Of a stretch of DNA of 38,625 bases, positions 25,073-35,900 are shown piece by piece. Position 1 is the stretch's first letter. Every line of letters starts with the position of its first letter. This DNA comes from a virus: UHGV virus genome UHGV-1545242; one strand, 5' to 3'. The notes under the pieces are model-generated. The model saw only the letters and a list, made by a program, of their open reading frames with translations, had not been told where the DNA came from and did no database searches. Position numbers and translations under genes: made by a program.

Positions 25073-27586
25073 ATGCCAGTTGTACCAACAACATCGGGCC
25101 GTCAGGTTCAGAGCAGAGGGATTTCGACGCAGGGATTCTCATCGTTTCAGACACCAAATGTCGGTGATGTACTTGGCGATGTTGCAGAGCAATATGCAGG
25201 TATTATTGCGCAGGCAAAACAGCGTGCGAATGTTGCTATGGCTCAGGATGCTTCTCTTAGCTTAAGCCAGATAAGCAGCGATCTGCTGAATAACCCTGAA
25301 ACAGGTTTGTTTAACCTGAAAGGGAAAAATGCTATTGGAAAGGGTCAGGAGTATACGCAGCAGTTTGATGCTCAGGTCGAACAACTGGCTATGTCGCTGC
25401 CGGATGAACAGGCTCGTAATGCTTTCATGCAGCAGGCGCAGCAGCAGCGCATTCAGTTCACTACGCAGGCCGGGCGGCACGAGATAGGGCAAATAAATGC
25501 CTACGAAGAAGGCCAGTTTCAGGCTACGCTGCTGAACAATGGTAAAAATGCCGCAGCATTGTATGGCGACAACGCCGCATACGTATTGGCTAATAAGCAA
25601 ACTTTCCAGCAAATTGAGGATTACGGCATTGCACATGGCTGGAGTGACGAGCAAATCCAGGCCAAGAAAATCGAGTTTAAAGAAGCAACAGCAAAAGCAA
25701 CTGCTCAAAATGCTATTGGAGCAAACTATCTTCAGGTAAGACAGCAAAATGGCGAGTTAAGCGATACTGCTGCTGGATCTCGCCGTGCTGTAGCAGATAG
25801 TGGCTCTTCCGATCGTACCCGCGGTATACGCAACAATAACCCCGGCAATCTTGAATACAGCAAAACTAATCCGTGGGTTGGGCAGACTGGTGATGATGGT
25901 CGCTTTGCCAAATTCGAAACCCCTGAACACGGTATTCGTGCATTAGGGCGGAACCTGATGTCGTATCAGCGGCAGGGTATTGATACCGTCAGCGAGATAA
26001 TTAATCGCTGGGCACCGCCTACTGATAAAAATGACACTATGTCGTATATCAAAGCAGTGTGCGAACAACTTGGCGTTTCTGCTGATGAGCCTCTCGATGC
26101 ATCAAATCCTGATACCCTGAAGGCGCTTTGTGCAGCCATTATCCATCATGAAAACGGTAGCCAGCCATACAGTGATCAGCAGTTAACTGCAGGTATTAGT
26201 GCTGCGCTGGGGCTTTCTCAGCTACCGACAAAAAATAAACGTTATACCGGTGTAGCTTGGTTCGATGCTTTAAGTGAATCAGATCAGGCCAGCGTGTTGC
26301 GACAGACTGATGCACTAGCCAGACAACAGCAGGCTGAATATAAAACGATGCTCGACAGCCGGGTTCGCGATGCGACGGCTGCGTATATGCGTGGCATTGA
26401 ATTTCCTAACCCACCTGGTGAGGATGATTTTATTGCAGCTTATGGAGTCAGAGAAGGAAACCTGCGATATACCGAGTTTAAGAATACGCAGATCGCTGGA
26501 CAGTATATAGGCTCTTTCCGCAACATGCCGACAAGCAGCATTACAGCATATGTTGAGCAATTACGCCCGGATACTGGTGATACAGGGGAGGGGTATGCGG
26601 CACGCGCAGCTCTTTATGACAACGTTGTTTCGGCTGCAAATCAGGTGATAAAGCAGCGGCAGTCGGATCCTGTGCAGTTCTCTCTTTCCTCCGGACAGGC
26701 AAAGCCTATCGACATGAGCAATAAGGATAACTTTGGACAGAGCGTTGCCTTGCGTGCCGCTCAGGTCAGTGACCTTGCTAAGTCATATGGCACTCCACTG
26801 ACGTTCTTTTCCAAAGACGAGGCCAATCAGATCGGTGTTTTCTTTCGTGATGCTCCAGTTTCCCAACAGGCAGCATATCTCGATACCATCAGGCAGAGCA
26901 CTGGTGGTGGGCAGGTGTATATGTCAGCACTACAGCAGATCAGTGCCAACGCTCCATCTGCTGCCGTTGCCGGGATACTGATGGATAAGCCTGGTGGTAT
27001 TTTGGCAGAAAAAAACTGGTTTAATCCGGATGTTTCCGTGTCTCCTGAAACTGCTGCGCAGACAATTCTTGCTGGCGCGGCGGCTCGTAAAGGTACTGAT
27101 GATGCGAAAGGTATTCCGATGCCTAAAGATGCTGATCTTCGCCTTGAGTTTTCTGACATGGTGAAGGATGCATTTGCTGGTGACGCTCAGGGGGCATCAA
27201 TGGCATACGAGATCGCAAAGGATTATTACGCTGGTGTGATGGCGAAAAAAGGCGTGGTATCAGGCGAAATTGACAATGATGTCTGGAAACAGGCTGTTAA
27301 CGTAGCTACAGGTGGCGTGCATGACTATAACGGAATGGGGAATGTCCTTTTGCCGTGGGGAATGTCTGCAGAGCAATTCGATAAGCAGGTTAATCAGGCT
27401 TGGAATGAACAAGTTGTCGGCTCCGGGATAAAAACACCGCCTGGTCAGTATGGTTTGCAAAGTTACGGCGATAGTCAGTACCTGGTGAAACTTGGTACTG
27501 GTTATCTGCTGAAAGATGATGGTTCTCCCGTTGTTCTTAATCTGACACAGAAACGTCAGAGATTCTCCGGAGATATTCCGCAATGA
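25073..27586 (+). CDS. Internal virion/ejection protein with conserved central domain
   Basis: 837 aa; central block GIRNNNPGNLEYS...WVGQ...RFAKFETPEHGIRALGRNLMSYQRQGIDTVSEIINRWAP. Confidence 0.6.
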   Translation: MPVVPTTSGRQVQSRGISTQGFSSFQTPNVGDVLGDVAEQYAGIIAQAKQRANVAMAQDASLSLSQISSDLLNNPETGLFNLKGKNAIGKGQEYTQQFDAQVEQLAMSLPDEQARNAFMQQAQQQRIQFTTQAGRHEIGQINAYEEGQFQATLLNNGKNAAALYGDNAAYVLANKQTFQQIEDYGIAHGWSDEQIQAKKIEFKEATAKATAQNAIGANYLQVRQQNGELSDTAAGSRRAVADSGSSDRTRGIRNNNPGNLEYSKTNPWVGQTGDDGRFAKFETPEHGIRALGRNLMSYQRQGIDTVSEIINRWAPPTDKNDTMSYIKAVCEQLGVSADEPLDASNPDTLKALCAAIIHHENGSQPYSDQQLTAGISAALGLSQLPTKNKRYTGVAWFDALSESDQASVLRQTDALARQQQAEYKTMLDSRVRDATAAYMRGIEFPNPPGEDDFIAAYGVREGNLRYTEFKNTQIAGQYIGSFRNMPTSSITAYVEQLRPDTGDTGEGYAARAALYDNVVSAANQVIKQRQSDPVQFSLSSGQAKPIDMSNKDNFGQSVALRAAQVSDLAKSYGTPLTFFSKDEANQIGVFFRDAPVSQQAAYLDTIRQSTGGGQVYMSALQQISANAPSAAVAGILMDKPGGILAEKNWFNPDVSVSPETAAQTILAGAAARKGTDDAKGIPMPKDADLRLEFSDMVKDAFAGDAQGASMAYEIAKDYYAGVMAKKGVVSGEIDNDVWKQAVNVATGGVHDYNGMGNVLLPWGMSAEQFDKQVNQAWNEQVVGSGIKTPPGQYGLQSYGDSQYLVKLGTGYLLKDDGSPVVLNLTQKRQRFSGDIPQ

Positions 27587-29385
27587 GTTACTTTGGCCTT
27601 AATCCAGTAAACCAGAATCAGCAGCTTGACGAAGCAGCATCAAATCCAGCTGGCTTTAACAGCGATGTTGGTTTTTTCGACAATGCTGTAGGAGTGGCAT
27701 TGTCTGGTTTGTACTCCGGGCTGGTGGCAAAGCCAGATCAGTTGCTATGGGCAGGGATGGATAAAATCGTATCCCCGATTGCTCAGTTTGTTAACGAAAA
27801 CACCTCGCTCAATGACACTTCAGTTTCATACATTGCTGAGCAGAGAAAACTAGCAGAGCAGCAGGTTAAGCGGCTGACGCCTGATGCCGCGACAACCGGA
27901 ACCGCCGGGCAGGTTCTTTATGGGTTGTTCGATATGGGCGGGCAGGCTGTTGTCGGTACAACGCTCGGTGGTCCTGTCGGAGGTGCAGCGGCGGTAACTT
28001 CGCTACAGGGTTTTTCTGAGTTTGAACGGCTGATAGCACAGGGTGTTGATTTCAGGACGGCGCAGGAAGCGGGATTAGTGCAGGGCATTACTGCTGGTGC
28101 CGGAACACTGATCCCTATGAGCCTCGGGTTACGTGCTGGTGGTGCGCTGGCGGAAGGTGTGGCGGCTCAGCTTGCGCGGACGGGTGAGAGTTCAGTGCGA
28201 CGCGCCGCAGCAACAGCAGTACGTGCAACGCCAGATATTGCCTATGCCGCAGGTACAAATATTGCGTTCGGTATGGCACAGCGTGGGCTTACTGCAAAAA
28301 CGCTTCGTGATGGTGGCTATAGCGAAATGGCTAACCAGTATGATGTGTTGGATCGACAGGCAATTGCTATTGATGCTGTTCTTGGGGTGGCGTTTGGTGG
28401 TGTCGGCAGATTTATTAACTCTCGCGGCGAGTCTACAAGCGCACCAAATTTTTCACCAGTTGATATCGATGCTGCACTGGCGGCGAATGCCGCTCATCAT
28501 GCTGAAATTGATATTGCTCCTGGCGTGCCGATCAACGTGCTTTCGCGTAATTCTCACATTCAGGCTCTGCGAAAAGCCATGTCTGATGTTAGCCAGGGGA
28601 GACCTGTAGACGTTGCCAGCATTGTTGAGTCTGCATCTTTCAGTGAAATCCCTGGGCACAAGAGTCTGCTTTCTCAGGCAGTTAATGAGGCTCTGTCATC
28701 TGTAGATGATGGAAAAACGGCGCGCGCTATAGAAAATCGGTTGCTTGAAGAACAGGCCGCGCAGCTTTTGTCGCGTGGCGATAGACAGGTTTACCAGTCT
28801 GAAATCGCTAATAGCCAACGAATTATCGACAATCTCACTGAACAGCGCGCACAAATTCTTGCAGAAGAGCCAACTGGTAGCGGTAAAGCTTTGTCTCGTG
28901 CTCGATCAGATAAACAGGCCAGAATTCGCGATATTGACCAACGAATCCGGCAGGCACAAGAACGCCTGGAATTTTCCCGTAACGCGTTGGCGCCGCACGA
29001 GCCTGGAGGTCAGTTTTTTGAAGCTCGAGCAGAACTGGCACGACGACAGCAGGCAGAAAGTGAACTTAATGCTCAGGCTGTTTCATTCTATAAAACAGCA
29101 GAGGTCAGGACGCCAGACGAAGTAGCTCCTTTTGAGCCCGGTAAGATATTGCAACAGACAGAACAAAAAATGATGGCAGATCCGGCAGGAGATATTGATC
29201 TGCGTATAGCTGAAGACTCGCTGCTTGAATCTCCGGACATGATAATCACCGTGCTGGATGATGATGGTAATCCACAATCGCGCAGTGCGCGTGAAGTACT
29301 GGATGAAGCGAACAGGGAAAGTGAGCAGGCAATACAGGATTCCAGCCTGTTTGATGTTGCTGTGGCGTGTTTCTTGAGAGGTTAA
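27583..29385 (+). CDS. Internal virion/ejection protein
   Basis: 600-aa ORF, Gly/Ala-rich N-half, coiled-coil C-half. Confidence 0.55.
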   Translation: MSYFGLNPVNQNQQLDEAASNPAGFNSDVGFFDNAVGVALSGLYSGLVAKPDQLLWAGMDKIVSPIAQFVNENTSLNDTSVSYIAEQRKLAEQQVKRLTPDAATTGTAGQVLYGLFDMGGQAVVGTTLGGPVGGAAAVTSLQGFSEFERLIAQGVDFRTAQEAGLVQGITAGAGTLIPMSLGLRAGGALAEGVAAQLARTGESSVRRAAATAVRATPDIAYAAGTNIAFGMAQRGLTAKTLRDGGYSEMANQYDVLDRQAIAIDAVLGVAFGGVGRFINSRGESTSAPNFSPVDIDAALAANAAHHAEIDIAPGVPINVLSRNSHIQALRKAMSDVSQGRPVDVASIVESASFSEIPGHKSLLSQAVNEALSSVDDGKTARAIENRLLEEQAAQLLSRGDRQVYQSEIANSQRIIDNLTEQRAQILAEEPTGSGKALSRARSDKQARIRDIDQRIRQAQERLEFSRNALAPHEPGGQFFEARAELARRQQAESELNAQAVSFYKTAEVRTPDEVAPFEPGKILQQTEQKMMADPAGDIDLRIAEDSLLESPDMIITVLDDDGNPQSRSAREVLDEANRESEQAIQDSSLFDVAVACFLRG

Positions 29386-29390
29386 ATTAA

Positions 29391-31865
29391 ATGAGACAGG
29401 AATGTATACAAGCGGTCCAGCAGGCGGCGCAGCGCACGTTAACGGCGCGAGAAATACAGAACATTGAAGACCGCATTTATCGAAATATGCGCTCCATTGC
29501 TCGTGATGACCCGATGTCGTGGCGACAACTTTCCGAATCAGAACGGTTGTATCGTGCAGCACAATTGGCATCTGAAGAATTACAGCGAGAAGCGACATTA
29601 AAGAAACGTCGTGTGGCTCTCACTATAGCCGCACGTCAGAGATTGGATAAATTTATCAATAGCTATCAAGGGGCTGATGGGAAACTTGGCGCTCTTAACC
29701 GTACTATTGCTTTTAATGCAGACGGTAAATCGAATTTCCTCTCTGTTGAATCCAGAACAAAAGCCACTCGTGATTATGCATTGAGTCAATTGCAGGAGGC
29801 ATTTGAAGCAGTTGATCCTCGCTTTTTTGGCCTGTTTGAAGATGAAGCGGGCGTGCGTGATCTGGTATATGAAATGCGAGGGCAAAATACTGGCAATGCT
29901 AAAGCAAGAAAAGGTGCTAAGGCGTGGAGAGAAGTGACAGAGCTACTGCGCCGCCGGTTTAATGATGCTGGTGGTGACATTGGCTATCTCGAAAACTGGG
30001 GGATCCCTCAACATCATTCTATGGAAAAGGTTGGGGCGGTATCAAAGGATAAGTGGGTTAGCGATATTATAGGTAAGCTGGATCGCAAATATTATACTCG
30101 AGCCGATGGACAACTGATGAACGATGCCGAGTTGTCTGCATTTCTTGGAGAATCTTATAACACAATCGCCACTGGTGGGCTGAATAAGCTTACTGATACC
30201 GGCATGCGAATTTCCGGCGCACGTGCTAATCGTGGTAATGCATCACGACAGATACATTTCAAAGATGCAGATTCCTATCTGCAATATCAGCAACTTTATG
30301 GCGATCGCTCTCTATGGGAAGTCATGGTCGGTCACCTGGAAGGTATCAGTAAAGATATTGCACTGGTGGAAACATATGGCCCAAACCCCGATCATGTTTT
30401 CCGCTCCCTTCTTGATCAGGTGAAGGCAGAAACGGCAACAGCTAACCCGAGTAAAACCGGTAGCGTCGAGCGCCTGGCGAACAACACAGAGAATCTGTAC
30501 AACTTTATTTCAGGAAAGACACAGCCTGTAGCGAATCCGCACATCGCGCGCTGGTCTGACAATATCCGCAATTGGCTGGTTGCCAGCCGACTCGGATCCG
30601 CGTTGCTGTCATCGTTCTCTGATCTTGGAACCATGTATCTGTCTGCGAAGGTGACCAACCTTCCAATGAACCAGTTATTCCGCAACCAGCTTGAAGCTAT
30701 GGACCCAACGAACCGGACTGAGCTTGCGCGGGCGCGCCGCGCTGGTCTGGCGATGGAATCTCTACTTGGCAGCGTTAACCGCTGGGCGATGGATAATATG
30801 GGGCCGTCAGTGTCTCGTTGGGCGGCAACGGCGGTAATGCGTGCCAGTGGGCTTACAGCATGGTCAGATGCGCACAAGCGCGCCTATGGCGTAACCATGA
30901 TGGGAAGCCTGGGAGAAGTAGTGTCACGGACACCAGACCTTCGTAGCCTCGATGACTCTGATTTTCGTATCCTGAAAAGCAAAGGGATTACTGACACAGA
31001 CTGGAGCGTATGGAAGCTGGCGCAACAGGAGGACTGGGGGAACGGTAATAATACGATGCTGACACCGGAAAGCATTATGCGTATCCCTGATTCAGCAGTT
31101 AAACATCTTGGTGAGCCTGAACGCGTGAAATTTGAGGCAATGCGTAAACTGCTCGGTGCCGTAACTGAAGAAGTTGATATGGCTGTTATTACACCGGGAG
31201 CACGTGAGCAACTGATAACCGGTTCTGGTATTCAGCGTGGAACATGGAAAGGTGAATTAACGAGAAGTGTTTTCCTGTTTAAATCGTTCCCTATCTCGGT
31301 TGTTATGCGTCACTGGTCACGCGCTATGGGTATGCCGTCTGCTGGTGGGCGTGCGGCATATATTGCGACGTTTATTGCCAGTACGACCATTCTTGGCGCT
31401 TTGTCGCAGCAACTTAACGACCTTGCGTCTGGTCGTAATCCTCGAGAGATGACAGGAGAAGATGCCGCAAAATTCTGGCTTGGTGCTCTACTGAAAGGTG
31501 GTGGTCTTGGCCTTTACGGTGACTTTTTATTGTCAGATCACACTAGGTACGGAAGCGGCGCGCTGGCGTCGATGCTTGGCCCGGTAGCTGGTCTGGTTGA
31601 TGACGTAGTGAAGATTGCTCAGGGCATACCGTTAAATGCTGTGGAAGGGAAGAGTGAGCAGACTGGTGGTGATCTGGTGAAGCTGGGGAAAGGTTTGATG
31701 CCAGGTGCGAATCTCTGGTACTTGAAGGCGGCTCTCGATCACATGATCTTTAACCAGATGCAGGAGTATTTTTCACCTGGCTATTTGCGTAAAATGGAGC
31801 AACGTTCGAAGAAAGAGTTTAACCAGACATACTGGTGGCGACCACAGGATGTCACTCCGCAATAA
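29391..31865 (+). CDS. Internal virion/ejection protein (largest)
   Basis: 824-aa ORF, last of three consecutive large genes before tailspike. Confidence 0.55.
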   Translation: MRQECIQAVQQAAQRTLTAREIQNIEDRIYRNMRSIARDDPMSWRQLSESERLYRAAQLASEELQREATLKKRRVALTIAARQRLDKFINSYQGADGKLGALNRTIAFNADGKSNFLSVESRTKATRDYALSQLQEAFEAVDPRFFGLFEDEAGVRDLVYEMRGQNTGNAKARKGAKAWREVTELLRRRFNDAGGDIGYLENWGIPQHHSMEKVGAVSKDKWVSDIIGKLDRKYYTRADGQLMNDAELSAFLGESYNTIATGGLNKLTDTGMRISGARANRGNASRQIHFKDADSYLQYQQLYGDRSLWEVMVGHLEGISKDIALVETYGPNPDHVFRSLLDQVKAETATANPSKTGSVERLANNTENLYNFISGKTQPVANPHIARWSDNIRNWLVASRLGSALLSSFSDLGTMYLSAKVTNLPMNQLFRNQLEAMDPTNRTELARARRAGLAMESLLGSVNRWAMDNMGPSVSRWAATAVMRASGLTAWSDAHKRAYGVTMMGSLGEVVSRTPDLRSLDDSDFRILKSKGITDTDWSVWKLAQQEDWGNGNNTMLTPESIMRIPDSAVKHLGEPERVKFEAMRKLLGAVTEEVDMAVITPGAREQLITGSGIQRGTWKGELTRSVFLFKSFPISVVMRHWSRAMGMPSAGGRAAYIATFIASTTILGALSQQLNDLASGRNPREMTGEDAAKFWLGALLKGGGLGLYGDFLLSDHTRYGSGALASMLGPVAGLVDDVVKIAQGIPLNAVEGKSEQTGGDLVKLGKGLMPGANLWYLKAALDHMIFNQMQEYFSPGYLRKMEQRSKKEFNQTYWWRPQDVTPQ

Positions 31866-31873
31866 AAGGAGAT

Positions 31874-31999
31874 ATGATGGTTCAAATAACTTTTATTGTA
31901 CTAATATGTGCAGCGTTTTTATGCTATTCATACATTTTGATAAAAATGGGTTTCAATTGGAACCTCTGTTGCGTGCAGCGGCATGGTTCGGCTTTGTAG
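31874..31999 (+). CDS. Small hydrophobic membrane peptide (41 aa), moron
   Basis: AAGGAG SD then ATGATG; manual translation MMVQITFIVLICAAFLCYSYILIKMGFNWNLCCVQRHGSAL; AT-rich context. Confidence 0.35.
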   Translation: MMVQITFIVLICAAFLCYSYILIKMGFNWNLCCVQRHGSAL

Positions 32000-32084
32000 T
32001 ATTCGGAATTGTATTGTTCGGAAGAATAATAAAATAACTAGTTAATTTGTGGATTGGTGCTGTTTTTCCATGATAGGGGTAATT

Positions 32085-32465
32085 ATGAGAAAAGTATTTT
32101 TGATTTTTGGATTTATGCTTCTCGTTGGATGCCAGTCAGCTGCACAGTTTGAAAGAAATATGCTTACGTGGCGCGGGCAGAGTATAGACGCAATGGTTCA
32201 GCAGTGGGGGTATCCTCAGGGAGAGCTTACATCTCCAGATGGAAACAGAGTGTATGTTTACTCAAGCTCTGGTAGTTATAACGTACCACAAACCACAACG
32301 TATAATACTACGTCTAATCTAATTGGTAATACTATATATTCAAACACATACGCAACAACTGATGGCGGTTATACACTCCATTTCAGTTGCTCTGTTTACG
32401 TTGAGTTTGGTGCTGATAAGATTATTAAAAATGTTACATGGCGCGGTAATAATTGCGTTGCGTGA
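32085..32465 (+). CDS. Outer-membrane lipoprotein (moron), candidate superinfection-exclusion factor
   Basis: Signal peptide with lipobox MRKVFLIFGFMLLVGC, +2 residue Gln; Thr/Ser/Tyr/Asn-rich mature part with two C-terminal Cys; AT-rich. Confidence 0.65.
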   Translation: MRKVFLIFGFMLLVGCQSAAQFERNMLTWRGQSIDAMVQQWGYPQGELTSPDGNRVYVYSSSGSYNVPQTTTYNTTSNLIGNTIYSNTYATTDGGYTLHFSCSVYVEFGADKIIKNVTWRGNNCVA

Positions 32466-32473
32466 CATGTCAC

Positions 32474-32496
32474 AGGCCGCTTTCGCGGCCTTTAAA
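32474..32496 (+). terminator. Terminator hairpin between convergent moron genes
   Basis: AGGCCGC-tttc-GCGGCCT followed by TTTAAATTT. Confidence 0.55.
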
Positions 32497-32497
32497 T

Positions 32498-32755
32498 TTA
32501 CCGGGTTTGTTTTCGTAATTGTTCGGCACAATAGTCGAGATGTGTTTGCAGATCCTGCATAGACATCTGTGAGCTGGTGACGTAGTTAATCAATGCAGTC
32601 AGTTCGGCAAGTGGGCCATCGACATTAAATCCATCCTTATCGAGATCCCGGAGTAATTTCATCAAGTGCGATCCCTCCACCAGTGACCTGACGCCTCCCG
32701 GCGTGTGAATCCTTTCGGTAAATCCGTCTTCCAGTGGATAGTGATACTGCTGCAT
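32498..32755 (-). CDS. Hypothetical 85-aa protein, convergent to lipoprotein and divergent from tailspike
   Basis: Minus-strand ORF open in AT-rich DNA; ATG at 32755 preceded by GGAGAAG; ORF track shows a longer 126-aa extension. Confidence 0.5.
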   Translation of the reverse strand: MQQYHYPLEDGFTERIHTPGGVRSLVEGSHLMKLLRDLDKDGFNVDGPLAELTALINYVTSSQMSMQDLQTHLDYCAEQLRKQTR

Positions 32756-32821
32756 CTTATCTTCTCCATGCAATAACTGTATATTTATACAGTAGCAAAT
32801 AATTTGTTTGCTATCCAGCAC

Positions 32822-32836
32822 GTTTTGCAAATTACC
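32822..32836. promoter_or_regulatory. Operator-like palindrome TTACC-N5-GGTAA in divergent region upstream of tailspike
   Basis: ttacctgaaaggtaa; followed by atctattcgta, also seen at 7011-7021. Confidence 0.55.
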
Positions 32837-32950
32837 TGAAAGGTAATATCTATTCGTATTTACAGTCTTTCTATCCATATGTGGTTTTCCAGGTAATAGA
32901 ATAACCAGATATGCGGCGCAACGGGTGCTGCGACTATCTGGAGATTTAAC

Positions 32951-35900
32951 ATGACGGTCTCAACCGAAGTTGACCACAACGAATACACCGGTAACGGCGT
33001 TACGACATCGTTTCCGTATACTTTTCGAATTTTCAGAAAATCAGACCTGGTTGTTCAGGTGTCTGACCTGAACGGAAACGTAACAGAATTGGTTCTGGAT
33101 ACCGGTTATACGGTAACTGGGGCGGGCACTTATAGTGGCGGTTCTGTGGTTCTTCCGTCTCCGCTTGCTACTGGATGGCGAATTACGATAGATCGTGTGC
33201 TTGATGTAGTGCAGGAGACAGACCTTCGCAATCAGGGAAAATTTTTCCCCGAAGTGCATGAAGATGCCTTTGACTACCTGACGATGCTGATCCAGCAATG
33301 TTTTGGGTGGTTCAGACGTGCATTGATGAAACCATCTTTGCTTGCAAAATATTACGATGCAAAGCAAAACAAAATTTCTAACCTTGCAGATCCATCATTT
33401 GAGCAGGACGCTGTAAATAATCGCTCAATGCGTAATTATGTCGATGCTGCAATCGCCGGGGTTGTTGGTGGTTTTGGTTGGTTTATTCAGTATGGTTCTG
33501 GGGCTGTGTACCGAACGTTCCAGGATAAAATGCGTGATGCTATTAGCCCCAAAGATTTTGGAGCTGTTGGTGATGGTATAAATGACGATTCCACTGCAAT
33601 AAGCGCGTGCCTTGAAGCCTCATCTCCAGGTTATAAAATTGACGGATTAGGGCTTACTTTTAAAGTATCAACTCTTCCGGATGTCAGTCGATTTAAAAAT
33701 GCTCGTTTTTTATTTGAGAGAATACCGGGCCAGCCTCTTTTTTATGCTTCTGAAGATTTTATCCAGGGAGAGTTATTTAAAATTACAGATACACCGTGGT
33801 ACAACGCCTGGACGCAGGATAAAACGTTTGTATATGACAATGTCATCTATGCGCCTTTTATGGCTGGAGACCGCCATGGTGTAAATAACCTCCATGTTGC
33901 ATGGGTTCGCTCAGGAGATGACGGGAAGACCTGGACAACGCCGGAATGGCTTACAGATTTACATGAAAACTATCCCACAGTTAACTATCACTGCATGAGT
34001 ATGGGGGTTGTCAGAAATCGCCTTTTTGCTGTAATTGAGACGCGGACCGTGAGAGGAAATAAACTGCAGGTTGCAGAGTTGTGGGATCGCCCAATGAGTC
34101 GCAGCCTTCGCGTTTATGGTGGTATAACGAAAGCAGCAAATCAGCAAGTCGCTTATATTCGCATTACTGATCACGGATTATTTGCTGGTGATTTTGTCAA
34201 CTTCTCAAACTCTGGTGTTACAGGTGTTACCGGGAATATGACGGTGACTACTGTTATTGATAAAAATACCTTTACAGTTACGACGCAAAATACCCAGGAT
34301 GTGGATCAGAATAACGAGGGTAGATACTGGAGTTTTGGCACATCATTTCACTCGTCACCATGGAGAAAAACCAGTCTTGGAACTATTCCTTCTTTTGTTG
34401 ACGGAAGCACTCCTGTTACTGAGATTCACAGTTTTGCGACGATTAGCGATAACAGTTTTGCTGTTGGCTACCATAATGGTGATATTGGTCCACGCGAGCT
34501 TGGGATACTCTATTTCTCTGATGCTTTCGGTTCTCCTGGTAGCTTTGTTCGCAGACGCATACCTGTAGAATATGAGGCGAATGCATCTGAGCCATGTGTA
34601 AAATATTATGATGGCATTCTGTATCTGACGACCAGGGGGACATTAAGTACTCAACCCGGTAGTTCATTGCACAGAAGCTCTGATTTAGGTACATCATGGA
34701 ATTCTCTTCGCTTCCCAAATAATGTTCATCACTCAAACCTTCCTTTTGCCAAAGTTGGCGATGAGCTGATTATTTTTGGCAGTGAGCGCGCATTTGGTGA
34801 GTGGGAAGGAGGAGAACCTGATAACCGTTATGCAGGAAATTATCCAAGAACATTTATGACCAGAGTTAACGTCAATGAGTGGAGTCTGGATAATGTAGAG
34901 TGGGTTAATGTTACTGATCAGATTTATCAGGGCGGAATAGTTAACTCTGCGGTTGGTGTTGGTTCAGTTTGTATCAAAGACAACTGGCTGTACTACATTT
35001 TCGGTGGGGAAGACTTTCTAAACCCATGGAGCATAGGGGATAACAACAGAAAATATCCTTATGTTCACGATGGTCACCCGGCTGATTTGTATTGTTTCAG
35101 GGTGAAAATTAAACAGGAAGAATTTGTTTCAAGGGATTTTGTCTACGGAGCCACTCCTAACAGAACGCTTCCTACTTTTATGTCGACGTCAGGCGTGAGG
35201 ACGGTTCCTGTACCCGTTGATTTCACAGATGATGTTGCCGTCCAGTCACTGACTGTCCATGCAGGTACATCAGGACAAGTTCGCGCGGAAGTCAAACTTG
35301 AGGGTAATTACGCCATTATTGCGAAGAAAGTACCGTCTGATGATGTTACCGCTCAGAGATTAATCGTTAGCGGCGGTGAAACAACGTCTTCAGCAGATGG
35401 TGCAATGATAACGTTGCATGGTTCCGGAAGCAGTACTCCACGTCGCGCGGTATATAACGCACTCGAACATCTTTTTGAGAACGGAGATGTTAAACCTTAT
35501 CTTGATAATGTAAATGCTCTTGGTGGTCCGGGAAACAGGTTCTCGACAGTTTATCTTGGCTCCAATCCTGTGGTTACCAGTGACGGAACATTAAAGACAG
35601 AGCCGGTCTCTCCTGACGAAGCATTGCTGGATGCCTGGGGTGACGTCAGGTATATCGCTTATAAATGGCTGAACGCTGTCGCTATAAAGGGGGAAGAAGG
35701 GGCGAGGATACATCATGGTGTAATCGCGCAGCAACTTCGTGATGTTCTTATTTCTCACGGACTCATGGAAGAAGAAAGCACAACATGCCGCTATGCCTTT
35801 CTTTGCTATGACGATTATCCCGCAGTATATGATGACGTCATTACTGGCCAAAGGGAAATGCCGCTGACTGATAATGACGGGAGCATCATTGTTGATGAGG

